DNA from: Leidyana gryllorum EB-2025a
Lineage: Eukaryota; Protista; Apicomplexa
Assembly: GCA_048772705.1 (NCBI GenBank)
Contig: JBLWGC010000047.1
Span: forward strand, 62,001 to 126,000
DNA: 64,000 nucleotides
Direction: 5' to 3'
A program made the translations under genes and the position numbers. Below, in pieces: positions 23,157 through 35,336 of this stretch. The stretch's first letter is position 1. Every line of letters begins with the position of its first letter. The notes beneath the pieces were generated by a model. That model saw only the letters and a list, made by a program, of their open reading frames with translations. It searched no databases and had not been told where the DNA came from.

Positions 23157-26100
23157 TTAGTTTGGTCTCGGGCCTGAAGGATCTTCAGCTCCTGGAGAAT
23201 AAACCGGCGACAACAGCGGATCGTAACGGGGACTCTGCACATATTCCGGCGACATAGGGCCTCCAGCGGCCGGATTCAATGTCGGCGAGGCCACCACACC
23301 CGTCGGTGAGTACGCCTGGGCCACCGGCGAGTACGCACCCGGCGACTGCGGGTTCGTCATACCCATACCGAACGCCGGTGAACTCGGCGAGTAGTACGGT
23401 GATGCCACCTGCCGCGAGAAGTTCGGACTCGCCGGACGCGCCATCGGCGATAAAACACGCGTAGGCGAGTACTGCGGAGACATTGGCGGCGAGTACACCG
23501 GACTCGACGGAGAGTAATTCGGGGACGACACGTTGTACGCAGCATTCGTCGGCGAGTAGTGCGGAGACAAAGGCGAGTAACTCGGAGACCCCATGCCCAA
23601 CCCTACCGGCGAGAATGGTGCTCCTGCCGGTGAAGTCGCCGAATAATTCTCTGGAGACATCATTGCTGCCGGAGGCGAACTCGGAGAGTACGCCTGACCC
23701 AAGAACACCGGTGACATTGGACTAAAGTACGACGGACTCGACGGCGACGCCATTCCATTCGGACTAAACGCTTGGTTGGTCTGAGCATACAAACACACAG
23801 CGTAAAGGAACCGCTCTCACAGCCAAAACTTACCGGACTGAATGCTCCATTTATAGGACTCAGAGGTCCCGCGCCTCCCCGTGTAGGAGACATTGCTCCA
23901 CCCCGTGGGGAGGAGGCAATCGGGGAGAATTGGGATGTGAAGATCCGGTTGCTGTCACCTGTCGGTGACAAAATCTGGTTGGGCGACAATGTCGGCGAGA
24001 ACGGCGAGAACGGAGACATTATAAAGTCCTTCATCGATGTCTGGGGACTCGAACCGCCATTAGCAGAGCCCGGAGAGTCGAGAGGAGAGGTGAAGCTGAT
24101 TTCACCATTCACAGCTCCTGTCTCAAAGTGAGTGCCGGGATCCTTCAACTTGGCGTCATCGACTATAATGTCGCACAAACCGGTACCAAAGTGGGCCAAC
24201 TGCCCCAACATAATGTTCTCAGTGATACCCTTGAGGTTGTCAACTTCTCCAAAACAGGCCGCTTGCATGAGAATCTCCACTGTTTCCTCAAACGAACACT
24301 TTGCTAAACACCCTCGGTCGACTCGGTTGATACCGTTACGTGTGATGGGCATTAGGTGACCTCTCTGCGTCATGACATCACACAGAATGGCCAGATGCCG
24401 GTAGTTGACATAGGATCCATCGAAACTGATGACCGCTCTCAGCTCTCGCAACAGCATCTTACGCACCGCCTCGATACCCAACACTGTACACACTTCAACG
24501 ATACTGTTACTCGTAGTGTGGAAGGGATCAACTGCAGCCACAGGCAACACCTCTTCCAAGTTACAGCCATCTGTATCCAGAACCCATCGACCTCCTTTGA
24601 GAGAAAACTTGCCCGCAACAGGGTCATACACGGGAGTCTTTTCCTCTCGCATGTACACCTTAGTGATGCCCTGAATACCTCGCAATGTCAAAGAAGCCAG
24701 AACTTGAGACATCAAACGCTGCAAGAAACGGAACTCGTCCTCCTCTTTGCTTATCACACCGGCACCAGCGCCCTCGGGGTCACCCATATCGGACGCAGAC
24801 ACTTTATCTTCCCAATTAGGAGAATGCTTCACTCGGATACGCAGTACCAACTCCTCACTGTTGTCATCTGTCCATATGACATCAATTTCCTCCGTAGCAA
24901 ACTCGGCTAAAACCCGCTGTCCAATCTCTTTCATCGTCAACTGCTTATCTGTAATCAACTTGTCAATGAGCTGAATACGCAAAACCCAGCGACCCAAACG
25001 ATGAATGGCAGTATCGTCCTCTCCGGGGAACTCATAGTACTCCGCGACCCAGTTCTTGTCCGACTCGATTATAGTATTCACTGGATCGGGATCGTAAGCC
25101 AACTGAACAAACGCTGCCACTTTATCCAGAGTGGTGTGCTCCAACTGACTCTGCACGCCCTTCGCCAACTCCGAGTCCTTGGCAGCAGCCTCGTTCAAGT
25201 GAACCGTCAGACTGGGCGTTTTGACGGTCTTTGCCACGTTAATCAACTCCCTCAGACGAGGCACACCAAGCGTAACGTTCTTTGACCCGACACCGGCAAA
25301 GTGGAATGTGTTTAGAGTCATCTGCGTGGCCGGCTGTCCGATAGACTGAGCTGCCATAACACCAACCACCTCGCCAGGGTGAGCCAAAGCCTTCTGGAAC
25401 TGATGAATAATTTCACCAAAGACCCATTCCAGAGCTTGAGGCCCAAGTTTGTCTTGCTCCACCAACTTCCGACTGTTCAAGTGACTCCTCACGTGAATAC
25501 CGAACAATGTTGTAGCGTTCTTCTGGACTTCCAAACTGATCGGATCCGTGTTGGTGGCTTCATGACCCAACAGACACAGGTGGTTGTTGATCAAGTCGTC
25601 CACACGCTGGATAATGTCAATTGGACTCACTTGACTCATGTCCTCGTGACCGAATTTAGACTTGGCAAACTGGATCAATCTCGGAATGTTCACCGGAAGA
25701 TGCTGCTTCACTTCACCGTCCGGGAAGATCTCCTGGCACACACGCTTCTTCGCATTCACTATCTCCTCCCATTCACTATTCAGAATACTCTGCTTCTCAT
25801 AAGAGTACTTGAGATCTTCGCGCAAATCATCATTCAGGATCCACCCTTCTCCGTATCGTGGATTTCTGAAATCATGACGGTACCGACGCTCCGTTCTTTG
25901 AAGATCCAACTTGAGCAAATCGACGTTTTGATCTTCAATAAACTCGCCAGCCATACCGTCTTCTCCATACAGAAATTGCACAATTTCCCCCAGACTATTG
26001 CGCACTGTCCGGTCGTATCCGACCAAAACGTCTTCCATAGACTTTACCAATCTTCGCTGAATATATCCGGTCTCCGACGTTTTACATGCCGTATCAATAA

Positions 26101-28924
26101 TACCTTCTCGACCACCCATAGCGTGAAAGAACAGCTCATGGGGGGTTAATCCAGACAGGTAAGAATTGACGACAAATCCTCGACTTTGGGGACCGTAATC
26201 GTGCTTCACGAAGTGTGGTAGGGATCTATCCTTGAAACCAAAGGGTATACGCTTCCCTTCAACGTTCTGTTGTCCGACACAAGCCATAATCTGTGAAATG
26301 TTGATGGTTGAACCCTTGGAACCTGCAGACAGAAGACAATTTACAGATGCTCTGTAATAGCGAAGAGGAAGCAAAGACTTCACGCAACAGCTCCGGGATG
26401 GATTCAAACCGAAATGGCCCTTCTTTCGACACCATTTCGATTCGGAATGCATACCGCGCTTCATTTCGTCAGCACACATGTGTGTGTGCGTACGACAACA
26501 ACCCACATAGGCACTCTGGAGACGAGCACTTACCGCAGTTCACCATAGCAATGATGTTGTTCTTGTCGGTCAAGTTTTCAGCGGCAATCTTTCCTGAAGC
26601 TTCACGGGCCTGGTTGAGCTCTTGGTTAACTCGGTTTTCGAATGACTCGAGCAACGATTTACCAGGCTGCGTTTCCAGTTTGCCTCTGCGTGCCAATCCG
26701 ATCAATTCATTCACACGAATGCTCGACTGTTCAAGTGCATCTTTGACTTTCCCCATCGTGTCATCATCAGCGATGATATCACAGACTCCGACCGTGAAGC
26801 CTTGAGTAACCAACCAGTTGTTTGTGACCTTTTGAGCAACACTAAGGAAGTCTTTAGTCTTCTCAGGACCCGCGTCATGCCATAAAACGTGGATGAGAGA
26901 GCCTCCCGAGGTACCGGCGGTACGTTTGCAAATGATTCCCGCCAGGTGTTCACTGTTTCTGATAACAACCTTCCCATCATTCTCCGAAAGGAACTCGTGA
27001 TCATTCTTGAGTTTGATAGAACCGTCGCGAACAACATTGATGCTGCCGGTGGCCGATCCTTCGGCGGCGACGCCTCCGGTACTTGACACCGGATCCATTG
27101 CGAGAAGAAGAGTAATGAGTTGCTTCCCTGTCCAGAGGGGTTCGGGTCTCCAGATGGCAGGGTTGGGGAGTACTCCATTCCAACTGGGTACCCACATGCA
27201 GAGGACCATCATAAGGTCGCGGGGGATGAATGTGTTTCGGCTTGTCATTTTGGCGAGACCAAGGAGTGAATCTTGCACAATTCCCATGACAGGGCGATTA
27301 CCCTGGGGACTGACGATCTGTTTGGGTACTAAACATAAGTGTTTGATCTCCGCTCTCGTCTCGTGGGACTGGGCCAAATGAAGGTTCATTTCATCACCGT
27401 CGAAATCGGCGTTGTAGGGGGAGGTGACGCTAAGATTGCATCTGAATGTGGACCAAGGGAGAACCTTGGCGCGGTGACCCATGATAGACATCTTATGCAG
27501 ACTGGGTTGACGGTTGAAGAGGACATAATCACCATCTCGAGCATGCCTTTCGACCTTATAGCCCACTTCCAATTGCAGGATGCCCGGGTTGCCTTGGCAA
27601 TGGCGGAGATCAAAGCGAGTTCCGTCAGTCCTCGTTATATATTTAGCGCCAGGATGTTGGGTAGGGCCATTCTTGACGGCTTCACTGAGAACATGAATGT
27701 TCATAGGTGTGACGATCTCCGGGTAAGTAAGATTCATAGCGATAGATCTGGGTACTCCCACTTGATCGATGGCGAGATTGGGGTCTCCTGTGATGACGGT
27801 ACGGGCCGAGAAATCGACACGTTTCCCCATCAGATTACCACGAAGACGTCCTTCTTTGCCCTTTAATCTCTCGCGTAGGGACTTGATGGGCTTCTTGGAT
27901 TTGGTGGTAGCGACTGGTAGGCCTGGAATCTCATTGTTCATAAAGGTTGCGATATGGTATTGGAGGAGTGCAACCGCTTCTTGGATGACGTGGCCGGCGA
28001 CTCCGCTTTCCTCATACTTCCTTAGTTGTCGGTTGATTTTAACGATATCGAGGAGTTTGAGAGTCAAGTCATCTTCAGACCGGTCGTTGCCGAACTGTAC
28101 ATAGGGCCGAACACAAGGCGGCACAACGAGTAGTGACTGTATAATCATCCAGGATGGTCGTGAGCGATCAATATCGAAGCCGAGGAGTTTCATCTCCTCC
28201 GGAGAGATTCTCTTGAGGACGCCAAGTGCGTCTTCGGCACTGAATATTCTTTTAGAATCTCCGCTGGCATCGACCTCTTCTTCCCGATCGTCCATTCCGC
28301 GTCCGCCCTCCTTATCACCGCCACTAAAGTCCACGACAATGTTAATGTTCTCTCGCTTGAATTTCGGTTGAACACTGCCACAGCCTCCGCCTCCTCCAGC
28401 TCCTTCGCCTCCTCCACTGGGCTCGCACGACTTTTTCGTCCTGCAGCACAAGAGAATCTTGGCTAACCGTGCTTTGGGATTCTTGGTTCGTGCGGCCGCA
28501 ATGAAACGCGGATCATTGTAGTCCACCAACAAGCGAGAACAACTGAAACAGACACATCGTAGTATATTGAGGATCGTCCCTATGAAACCAGCGTTGTACA
28601 CGGGCTTGACCAGGTTGATATGTCCGAAGTGACCAGGGCACAGCTTGCAATCCATCCCACATGACCGACAAGGTATCCGATAGTCTGTGGTTCCCATAAG
28701 CGGATCATTAAGTCCTCCAGACTTCGGAACTCCATTGTCATAGAGGTCTATAGATGTTATTTCGCAGACTGATAACCGTTTCTGCAACAACACTCATTCC
28801 TCCGGACGCATCGACACTGCTTGCTTACTATGTGGTCAGGTTCGAACACCCCGAATTCTATGGCCCTGACTTTTTTTATTTCGCATGGTGAGAAAGGGTG
28901 ATTCAGGTCTATAAGAGTTGTCAT
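23157..28924 (-). CDS. RPB1: RNA polymerase II largest subunit
   Basis: MTTLIDLNHPFSPCEIKKVRAIEFGV, CPGHFGH, GNLMGKRVDFSAR, catalytic YNADFDGDEMN, TQMTLNTFHFAG and a YSP-rich CTD. Introns lie near 28785-28828, at 26323-26533 and at 23781-23833. Confidence 0.99.
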
Positions 28925-29065
28925 TCCTCAGTTGCTCTCGCAGCAAAAACCTCCAAAAACACCGATAAAATTTGTGTAGCACAATGTGAGACCATCGGGT
29001 TTTCCAAGCGGTCCTAGACACCGTGAGAGACTTTGCAAAGGTTGACATTGATATACTCCTAACTA

Positions 29066-30166
29066 TCACTGTTTAATCTTATGCCCAGTTGCATGTGCCT
29101 TCGTGATCCTTCTTAGAATGCCGATAAAGCCAACAAGCATTGTGAGATTGAACAACGCGTGGAAGAACAAGGTGCCGCGTCCGCGACAGGGGTTGCGATC
29201 TACGTAAGTCAACTTCACGGTGTGGAAGAAGAAGACATAACCGAGAATGAATTGGACGATTTGGATCTTCGGAATGTGAGGTTTCCACCATGGTGAGATC
29301 CCTCGGCAGTTCAAGTGATAGTAGTAATACATTACTACGTGAACGCTACCGTTCACAATTACGGCCAACGGCGCCAGGGAGGACCTGTGAGAACAGTAAA
29401 AGTAGCAGATAATCAGATACATCGTGTGGTGCCACACGTGGAAGTAGTAGCTCGGAGGTCTTCTTCCCTTCGTCATCTGAAGCAAAAAGAACGATTATCC
29501 AGCGATTATTGAACCACGGCACCGCTAAACAACCCACTGATGGTGTGCGGAACCCCATGTGAGTCTCCAAAGCTGCCCGCGCGAGAACACCAAAGATCGA
29601 CACAAGTGTGTGTAGAGCTCCTTGATGGAGACACCACCACACCAAAAGCACCCAGCAAACGAGATTTACCTGAAGGATTGTGTCTAGCAACTCCCAGTAC
29701 TTGCTCAAATAGAACAGATATGTCCAGTACCATAAGCGACCCCTTGCTGGCGGGTCGTTTCGGGAGCAAGAAAAGAAGTCCGGATGCGCTGAGTCTGGGT
29801 CATCTGGGAATCCGCCACTGATCATCATGATGCCAGTGTAGACCTGGCCGGCCACCATTCCGAGCGACGCGAGCGAGAGTAAGAGGTTGTGAACCACCTG
29901 TAGCAGAATAGTATGATTTCGGGAGGTTCAAAAGCAGCAAGGGCGTCCGACCTGCAGGGCTTTGACAGTCTTGATGACTCCGGTAGATACACCATAAGTT
30001 AACGCTCGTTTCTCCAAGAGCGTAATCAAACCCAAGTACGTAACGACTGCAAGCTGTAGCGGAGTAGGCTGACGAGTCGGGTGGGTTGGCCGCTTACCAC
30101 CGGCTGCCACGGCTTATTGAGCGGAGCATTGGTGAAGTCGAAGTTGGCAGGATTCAGCCACTCCAT
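29066..30166 (-). CDS. ELO/GNS1/SUR4 fatty-acid elongase, multi-exon
   Basis: FYLSKYWELLDT, FHVWHH, NGSVHVVMYYYY and QIVQF motifs. Start MEWLNPANF at 30166; 193-nt intron 29477-29669. Confidence 0.93.
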
Positions 30167-30304
30167 CTCCGGTTCGAATAAAGCGCCTTCACCACTTTGT
30201 GGACCAGACAACCAAAAAAAGCAGATATAGTGGTGGGAGCTGTGTCTGTCTCCACAAACCCCATCTGGCCCCCAACTCTCCCTCCCTCCAGTGCATTGTT
30301 CAAC

Positions 30305-33300
30305 ATGACCAAGAGATGTGCTCATCTTGCCGAGATCCCCCGTAGCTTGCGCATCCACAGGTACTTGTTGCGCACTACATAAACAACTGGGTGTGTCTTA
30401 GACAGAGAATCGTCGTGGGCGTGCCGTGTACAGTGATATCGGCCCCACTGACTAGCGACTTAGCTCCCATCCCTGGCTTCACAGAGATCTTCTGTAGTGC
30501 CGATGACTCGTTGGAGTTGATACCCTACCACCAAGACCCGTTGTTCACTGAGGTCACGGCTATTCGATATACATCTGTGAGGTCGTTGGAGAAGAGAGCT
30601 ACATGCTTTGATGGCAGTTATCGGAATCAGAGTTGTACGACTCCAGCTATGTGCCGAGTGCGGCTTCCATTCCGCTCAAGCCTACCCTGTCGCATGGCGG
30701 GCCGGATGGAACCACCCAACTGTTGCAACTTCCATCGACAACAAGTGTGTCCACTGAGGGATTGAGCACCACAGCGTCCTCAGAGGACACGCTTTCGGAC
30801 TACTCTGGAAGGAAACGATTCGTCATCAGCTTCACTTTCCGCGCAAAGTGAGCTTGCGACTCCGACCAGTTTCATTCGCTGCTACTCAGAATAAACTCGT
30901 TGCCTGAGGGGCTTTACCGAGTACGGGAACGTGCCTCTTGGGATGAAGAAGACTGGACAACGGATGTATCGATTGATTCTGCCCAACTCCCCCTCCCGGA
31001 CCCCCCCGTTCTGGCCACTGCTTTCGAGCAGTTATTCGCAAGAAGAACGTTCCCGACCATAGACTATCCCTTCATGAAGGTATAGCGCCGCCGCCCAATG
31101 GCTAACTGCTCTTCAGACGATATTTCAACTTTCGGTGGTGCTTCGGCATTGCAGACACCACAGCAAGTTGGAAGCGCTATCCACAACAGGGCCTCTGGAT
31201 GACCCCCTACCTTACCTCACGGCTCTGACCCATGAACTCGACTTTCCCAGCACCTCTCCTACCTCATCATCATCGCCTCCCCCATCACCACCTTCACATA
31301 GCTTCAAACTCATTTCCTTCGCCCCAACTCCCCGAATCGGCGCGTACTCCCTATCGCTCTTCCTGAGCGACTTCGAGACTGACAAAATCGCAATCCCAAC
31401 GAGTTGGGGTCGAAGCTACTCCGTCGAGGTAGCAGTGGCCCGATCTACAATCGGTATGGTATAGGTGTCTCGGTGTCGCACTATTAAGTGTTCCTCCCGA
31501 TGCAGACCGTTTGCCTTACTCTCAGTGGGCCATGCGCATGGCAGCACGATTGTTGTGTGTTCTTTCCACCAAAGTCTTCGCGCGAGATCCAATGCGAGGT
31601 TCAGAGCAACCTAAAATGACTCTTGTCCCTCTCAAGAATCAAAGAGGAATCGGACTGGAGAACCACGGTTGCATCAGCCTGAAAGAGGAGTGAGACCTCA
31701 ACCGTCCTCCCACCTCGCACCCATTCGTTCCTCCCGCCGAACTGCCTGCCATCTTTGTGTACCTTCCTCTTGCCACCAACCGCCGCACCAACATCAGCAC
31801 CAATCACTCATAATCACCGCACCGCCATTTTCTGACACCCGGATACCTCCACCTTCAATTCTCCACTCTCAAATGCTCGTGCAGCTATTTCTTTGTCGAT
31901 GGGACATCGAGTGTCAATCGAGTCCTGAGAATTGCACGCCTCTTGGTACATGAGCTGGCACACCAGTGGATTGGCAATACGTATACTCCTATGCCTCTAG
32001 ATCAAGTGAGCCTACTGACTATTGTTGATTAATTGAAAGCGTGTATGGCTTGTTGTGTATAGATCTGGATGAAAGAGGGTTTGACTCGTTGTCTCGAGTT
32101 CACCACCTTGGATTACGTTCTACGAGAGTCGGAAGCCGCCCGAGCGGCTTTATGGGCCGTTTATGCTTATGACATCAAGTTCGAGTCCATATGGAATGAC
32201 ATTTTTCGAGGAGCCACCCACTTCAATCCACCAAAAATCGACAGAGCGGACGTACTGAGCCAGAAAGCTTTCTGGGACCCACTCAAACGTGACTCGTCTC
32301 CCAGGAAAAGCCTGGGCCAATCCTGTTGCACAATGTTTCCGGTGAGACAGAGATCAAACTGCCATCCTCGAACTCGATTTGAGCCAGGCTCCCTGCCTAG
32401 GTAGCCATCCACTCACTGACCCCGAACATCTAAGCGTCACCCATGAAGAACTACTCTTGCTGTATGACACCTTGGCTTACAATAAGGCTGCATCACTTCT
32501 TTTGATGGTCGATGGCGCCACGGGGAAGAATGCCGAGGTGACACTTTGGCAAACAGCTGCAGCTTATCTGACGTGCGAGCTTGACCGCCGAAATGCTTGC
32601 GTCTTCGAGGACAAAGACCTGTTCGCAGCTGCGCACCTGGCACTCGAAAACAGACGAACACTTGGCGAGCTCAATCTCGACGCAGATCTGACTCTGCAGA
32701 GTCTTCTAACTAGGAATCCCATTCCTGAACTTGCGGAGTTTGAACTCCGACCGCCCGGTGAGGTGCCGCTGGACCGCGTTTTGCGCCCCTGGCTTCAGTT
32801 GAAAGGATTTCCGCTGTAAGTCTCCGTGTGCTGTCACGTCTCCACACGTGTGCGCAATCCGACAGGATACATTGGAGCCTTCAACGATTCAGTGCCGACG
32901 AGCGGGCCGTGGACCTCCTCGTCAGTCAGATACCATCTGAACTGGTAAAACCTGGAACGGATCCTCGCGCATTCCAAGACAGCGCTTGGCCGGTACCTTT
33001 GGTAGTATGGGTCAAAATAGCGCGCTTCAGGGATGCTGAGAAGATGAAAAAGGCGAAACGGTGGTCTTTAGGAACTTCTTCTTCGTCCTCGTCATCGTCA
33101 CGTGGTGCTGCACAATATGTCATACAGCGCAGCCGATTCTACATGTCCGGACAGGAAATGATGATCCGGGTGAAAGCATCGGACCGAATAGTCGACGTGG
33201 GGCTAGACGACGGCAGTGACGGATTTGGACATTTCATATTCTCTTGGAATACCCCGCCGAAGTGCGACCCGGGCCGCAAAGGAACTGTGGTCACAGGGAT

Positions 33301-33733
33301 CACCCACTTGCTGGAACGTCGAATATCGTCAGCCATAGGTGAGTGTGCGCGCAAGCGTCTGGCTGAGGTACTAAGCATCCGAGCACATGCTTATATAATC
33401 GGGAGTGAAATAAACCACGAGATGTGCGATCTGGTGTGGAATTACTGTGCGAAGCTGAATCCCTCAGCTCCCAACTTGATGACAGATTTGACCAGAGGTC
33501 TTCAGACCGCTGTGTTGAAAGCATCTGAAGAGCATCCAGTGGTCCGCATGATCGTTAAACACTCCCACTGTACTACAAACGACTGCACTTGCGGTGTCTG
33601 TGACTTTAATGAAGAATGTCACAAACGTTTGATGCAAGTTGCTGCACTACCAAGCGCCCTACCGCCTGACAGAAGGATGTCATTCCCTCCCCATCATTGG
33701 TTAGACTCTGTGCAGTCTGATCAACGTCCTTAG
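30305..33733 (+). CDS. M1-family zinc aminopeptidase, multi-exon
   Basis: After splicing: HELAHQWIGNTYTPMPLDQ|IWMKEG (HExxH-x18-E), exopeptidase motif variant IGLEN, and YDTLAYNKAASLL (catalytic Tyr region). The start position is approximate. Confidence 0.85.
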
Positions 33734-33782
33734 CTAGTTAGCCCTATCAATAGATAGCTCCCTTTAACCGGAATGGACTTTG

Positions 33783-33808
33783 CCCCCCCCCCCCCCCCCC
33801 CCCCCCCC
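33783..33808. repeat. Poly-C/poly-G tract (26 bp)
   Basis: Uninterrupted C run in the intergenic region. Confidence 0.95.
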
Positions 33809-33931
33809 GTCAAATGTCTCTTCAGGGGAAGCTGAGTCTTCATCAGCGCCAGTCAGAGACACATCCTGTCTCCTGTCGCCCCTCTGCCCCCTCAAGAAGA
33901 GAGTTTTGGAAGTCTTCGCTCGCTCCTCAAT

Positions 33932-35041
33932 ATGAAACCGCAGCTTCTTGTACTTGCGGCTCTATTGAGTCTCCCGACTGCCTGCTGGGCCGGCTATAAA
34001 GTCACTGACGGGGTGGTGGAATTGTGTGAGAACCCTGAGCTTGAAGAAGATGACCTGAAGACGGCCTTCAAAAGCGGCGGCAAGAAAGATGATGATGAGG
34101 CGAAGACTACATATCGAGCTCGAACGCCACCGCCGAAGCGCACTACACAACTTCGAGTACCAAGTGTCCACTTCTTCCACCCATTGGAGCACAGTTTGCT
34201 GGAATTGAACCGAGTTATCTACGAGAAGAACTTGTGGGGAACTAATGATGGCGCTTTCTACTATGAGCAGCCAACACATGAAGTACAGATGACCACTCAT
34301 GCCGAAATACGCGAAATAGTACCAGCCTACACTATCACTGACGTAGTCCCGACGACCATTTACAGCGTGTCACACGTGTGCGAAAACTTAGGAGACACCG
34401 ATCTCGATTGTATCATCGACAAGTTTGATCTGAACTACAGCCTCTGGAGAGCGGTGTCGGACGGCTTCACCTTCTCCACACATCAAACTCTGGAGCCTGT
34501 GGTTCTGAAGATCGAACATGAAAACCGTACGACCGACTTCGAATGGATCTTTACGCAGGAATTGATGAACCCTACGCGCACCCAACATGTGTGGCATCAG
34601 CCTGCTTTATCGGTGAAAGTACCTCCACACTCTATGTACCGACTTGTCGCTGAAATTGAGCACCAGACCATTAGTGGTGTTTTGAAGCTCAATGCACGTG
34701 TTGTTTCCGACGGTTTGGACGAGTTTAGGTGGAAGATTAAGACTTGCGCTTCCAACGCCATGGACGCAAGTCGTCGGTGCAAATGGATTGAACAAGGATT
34801 CTTCCATGCGAAGGACATTGCTAATACTTTAACCGAAGCAGACAAACTCAAAATTTGTGGCAGTCGGCACCCACGTCTATGTCGGCTGCGTGTGGACGAT
34901 AAGGGTAACGTGTATGCCATAGCGTCGGCACTGTATCAAGTGGATCTGCCTCCTGTATTGAAGACTATTGTTGTGGACGCGAGCAATCATACACGTGTTC
35001 TTGATGATGCAGAGGTACAGGTACACACGGAAGCAGAGTGA
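33932..35041 (+). CDS. Secreted protein with ETX/MTX2 (aerolysin-type beta-pore-forming toxin)-like domain, intronless
   Basis: Signal peptide MKPQLLVLAALLSLPTACWA, then PTTIYSVSHVCENLGDTD...AVSDGFTFS...DFEWIFTQ...VWHQPALSVKVPPHSMYRLVAEIEHQTISGVLKLNARV, following the ETX/MTX2 strand order including the VkVPphS signature. Confidence 0.65.
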   Translation: MKPQLLVLAALLSLPTACWAGYKVTDGVVELCENPELEEDDLKTAFKSGGKKDDDEAKTTYRARTPPPKRTTQLRVPSVHFFHPLEHSLLELNRVIYEKNLWGTNDGAFYYEQPTHEVQMTTHAEIREIVPAYTITDVVPTTIYSVSHVCENLGDTDLDCIIDKFDLNYSLWRAVSDGFTFSTHQTLEPVVLKIEHENRTTDFEWIFTQELMNPTRTQHVWHQPALSVKVPPHSMYRLVAEIEHQTISGVLKLNARVVSDGLDEFRWKIKTCASNAMDASRRCKWIEQGFFHAKDIANTLTEADKLKICGSRHPRLCRLRVDDKGNVYAIASALYQVDLPPVLKTIVVDASNHTRVLDDAEVQVHTEAE

Positions 35042-35336
35042 GTGAGAGCAGGAACAAATGACCATTTAAAGGAATAACACCACAATAATGAGCCTTCATC
35101 AATCTCCATGTTATCAAACAGAACGCTTTGAATTGAACTCGAGAGAGTCACACGTGTCGTCTGCCCCTCGCTACCTACTTAAACCCCATCTAACGCGTGA
35201 CGCCTGGCAGAAATGTCTGCGTTCTACTTTACTCAGTCGCATACACTCTCGGTTACGTAAACCCACCTGTGTTGTTTCGTGTTTTATGGGACACATAGTT
35301 GGCTGGCGACTGTCCATTCACTCGTTTAAGCGGCGG

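Noticed and set aside
23144-23163. (GTTA)n repeat at the RPB1 stop, superficially telomere-like
   Set aside because: Only about 4-5 units, internal, and not a TTAGGG/TTTAGGG repeat; treated as a microsatellite.
26400-26475. Hammerhead-like CTGACGA...GAAA in the RPB1 intron
   Set aside because: Stem II does not close directly onto GAAA and no stem I pairing is available.
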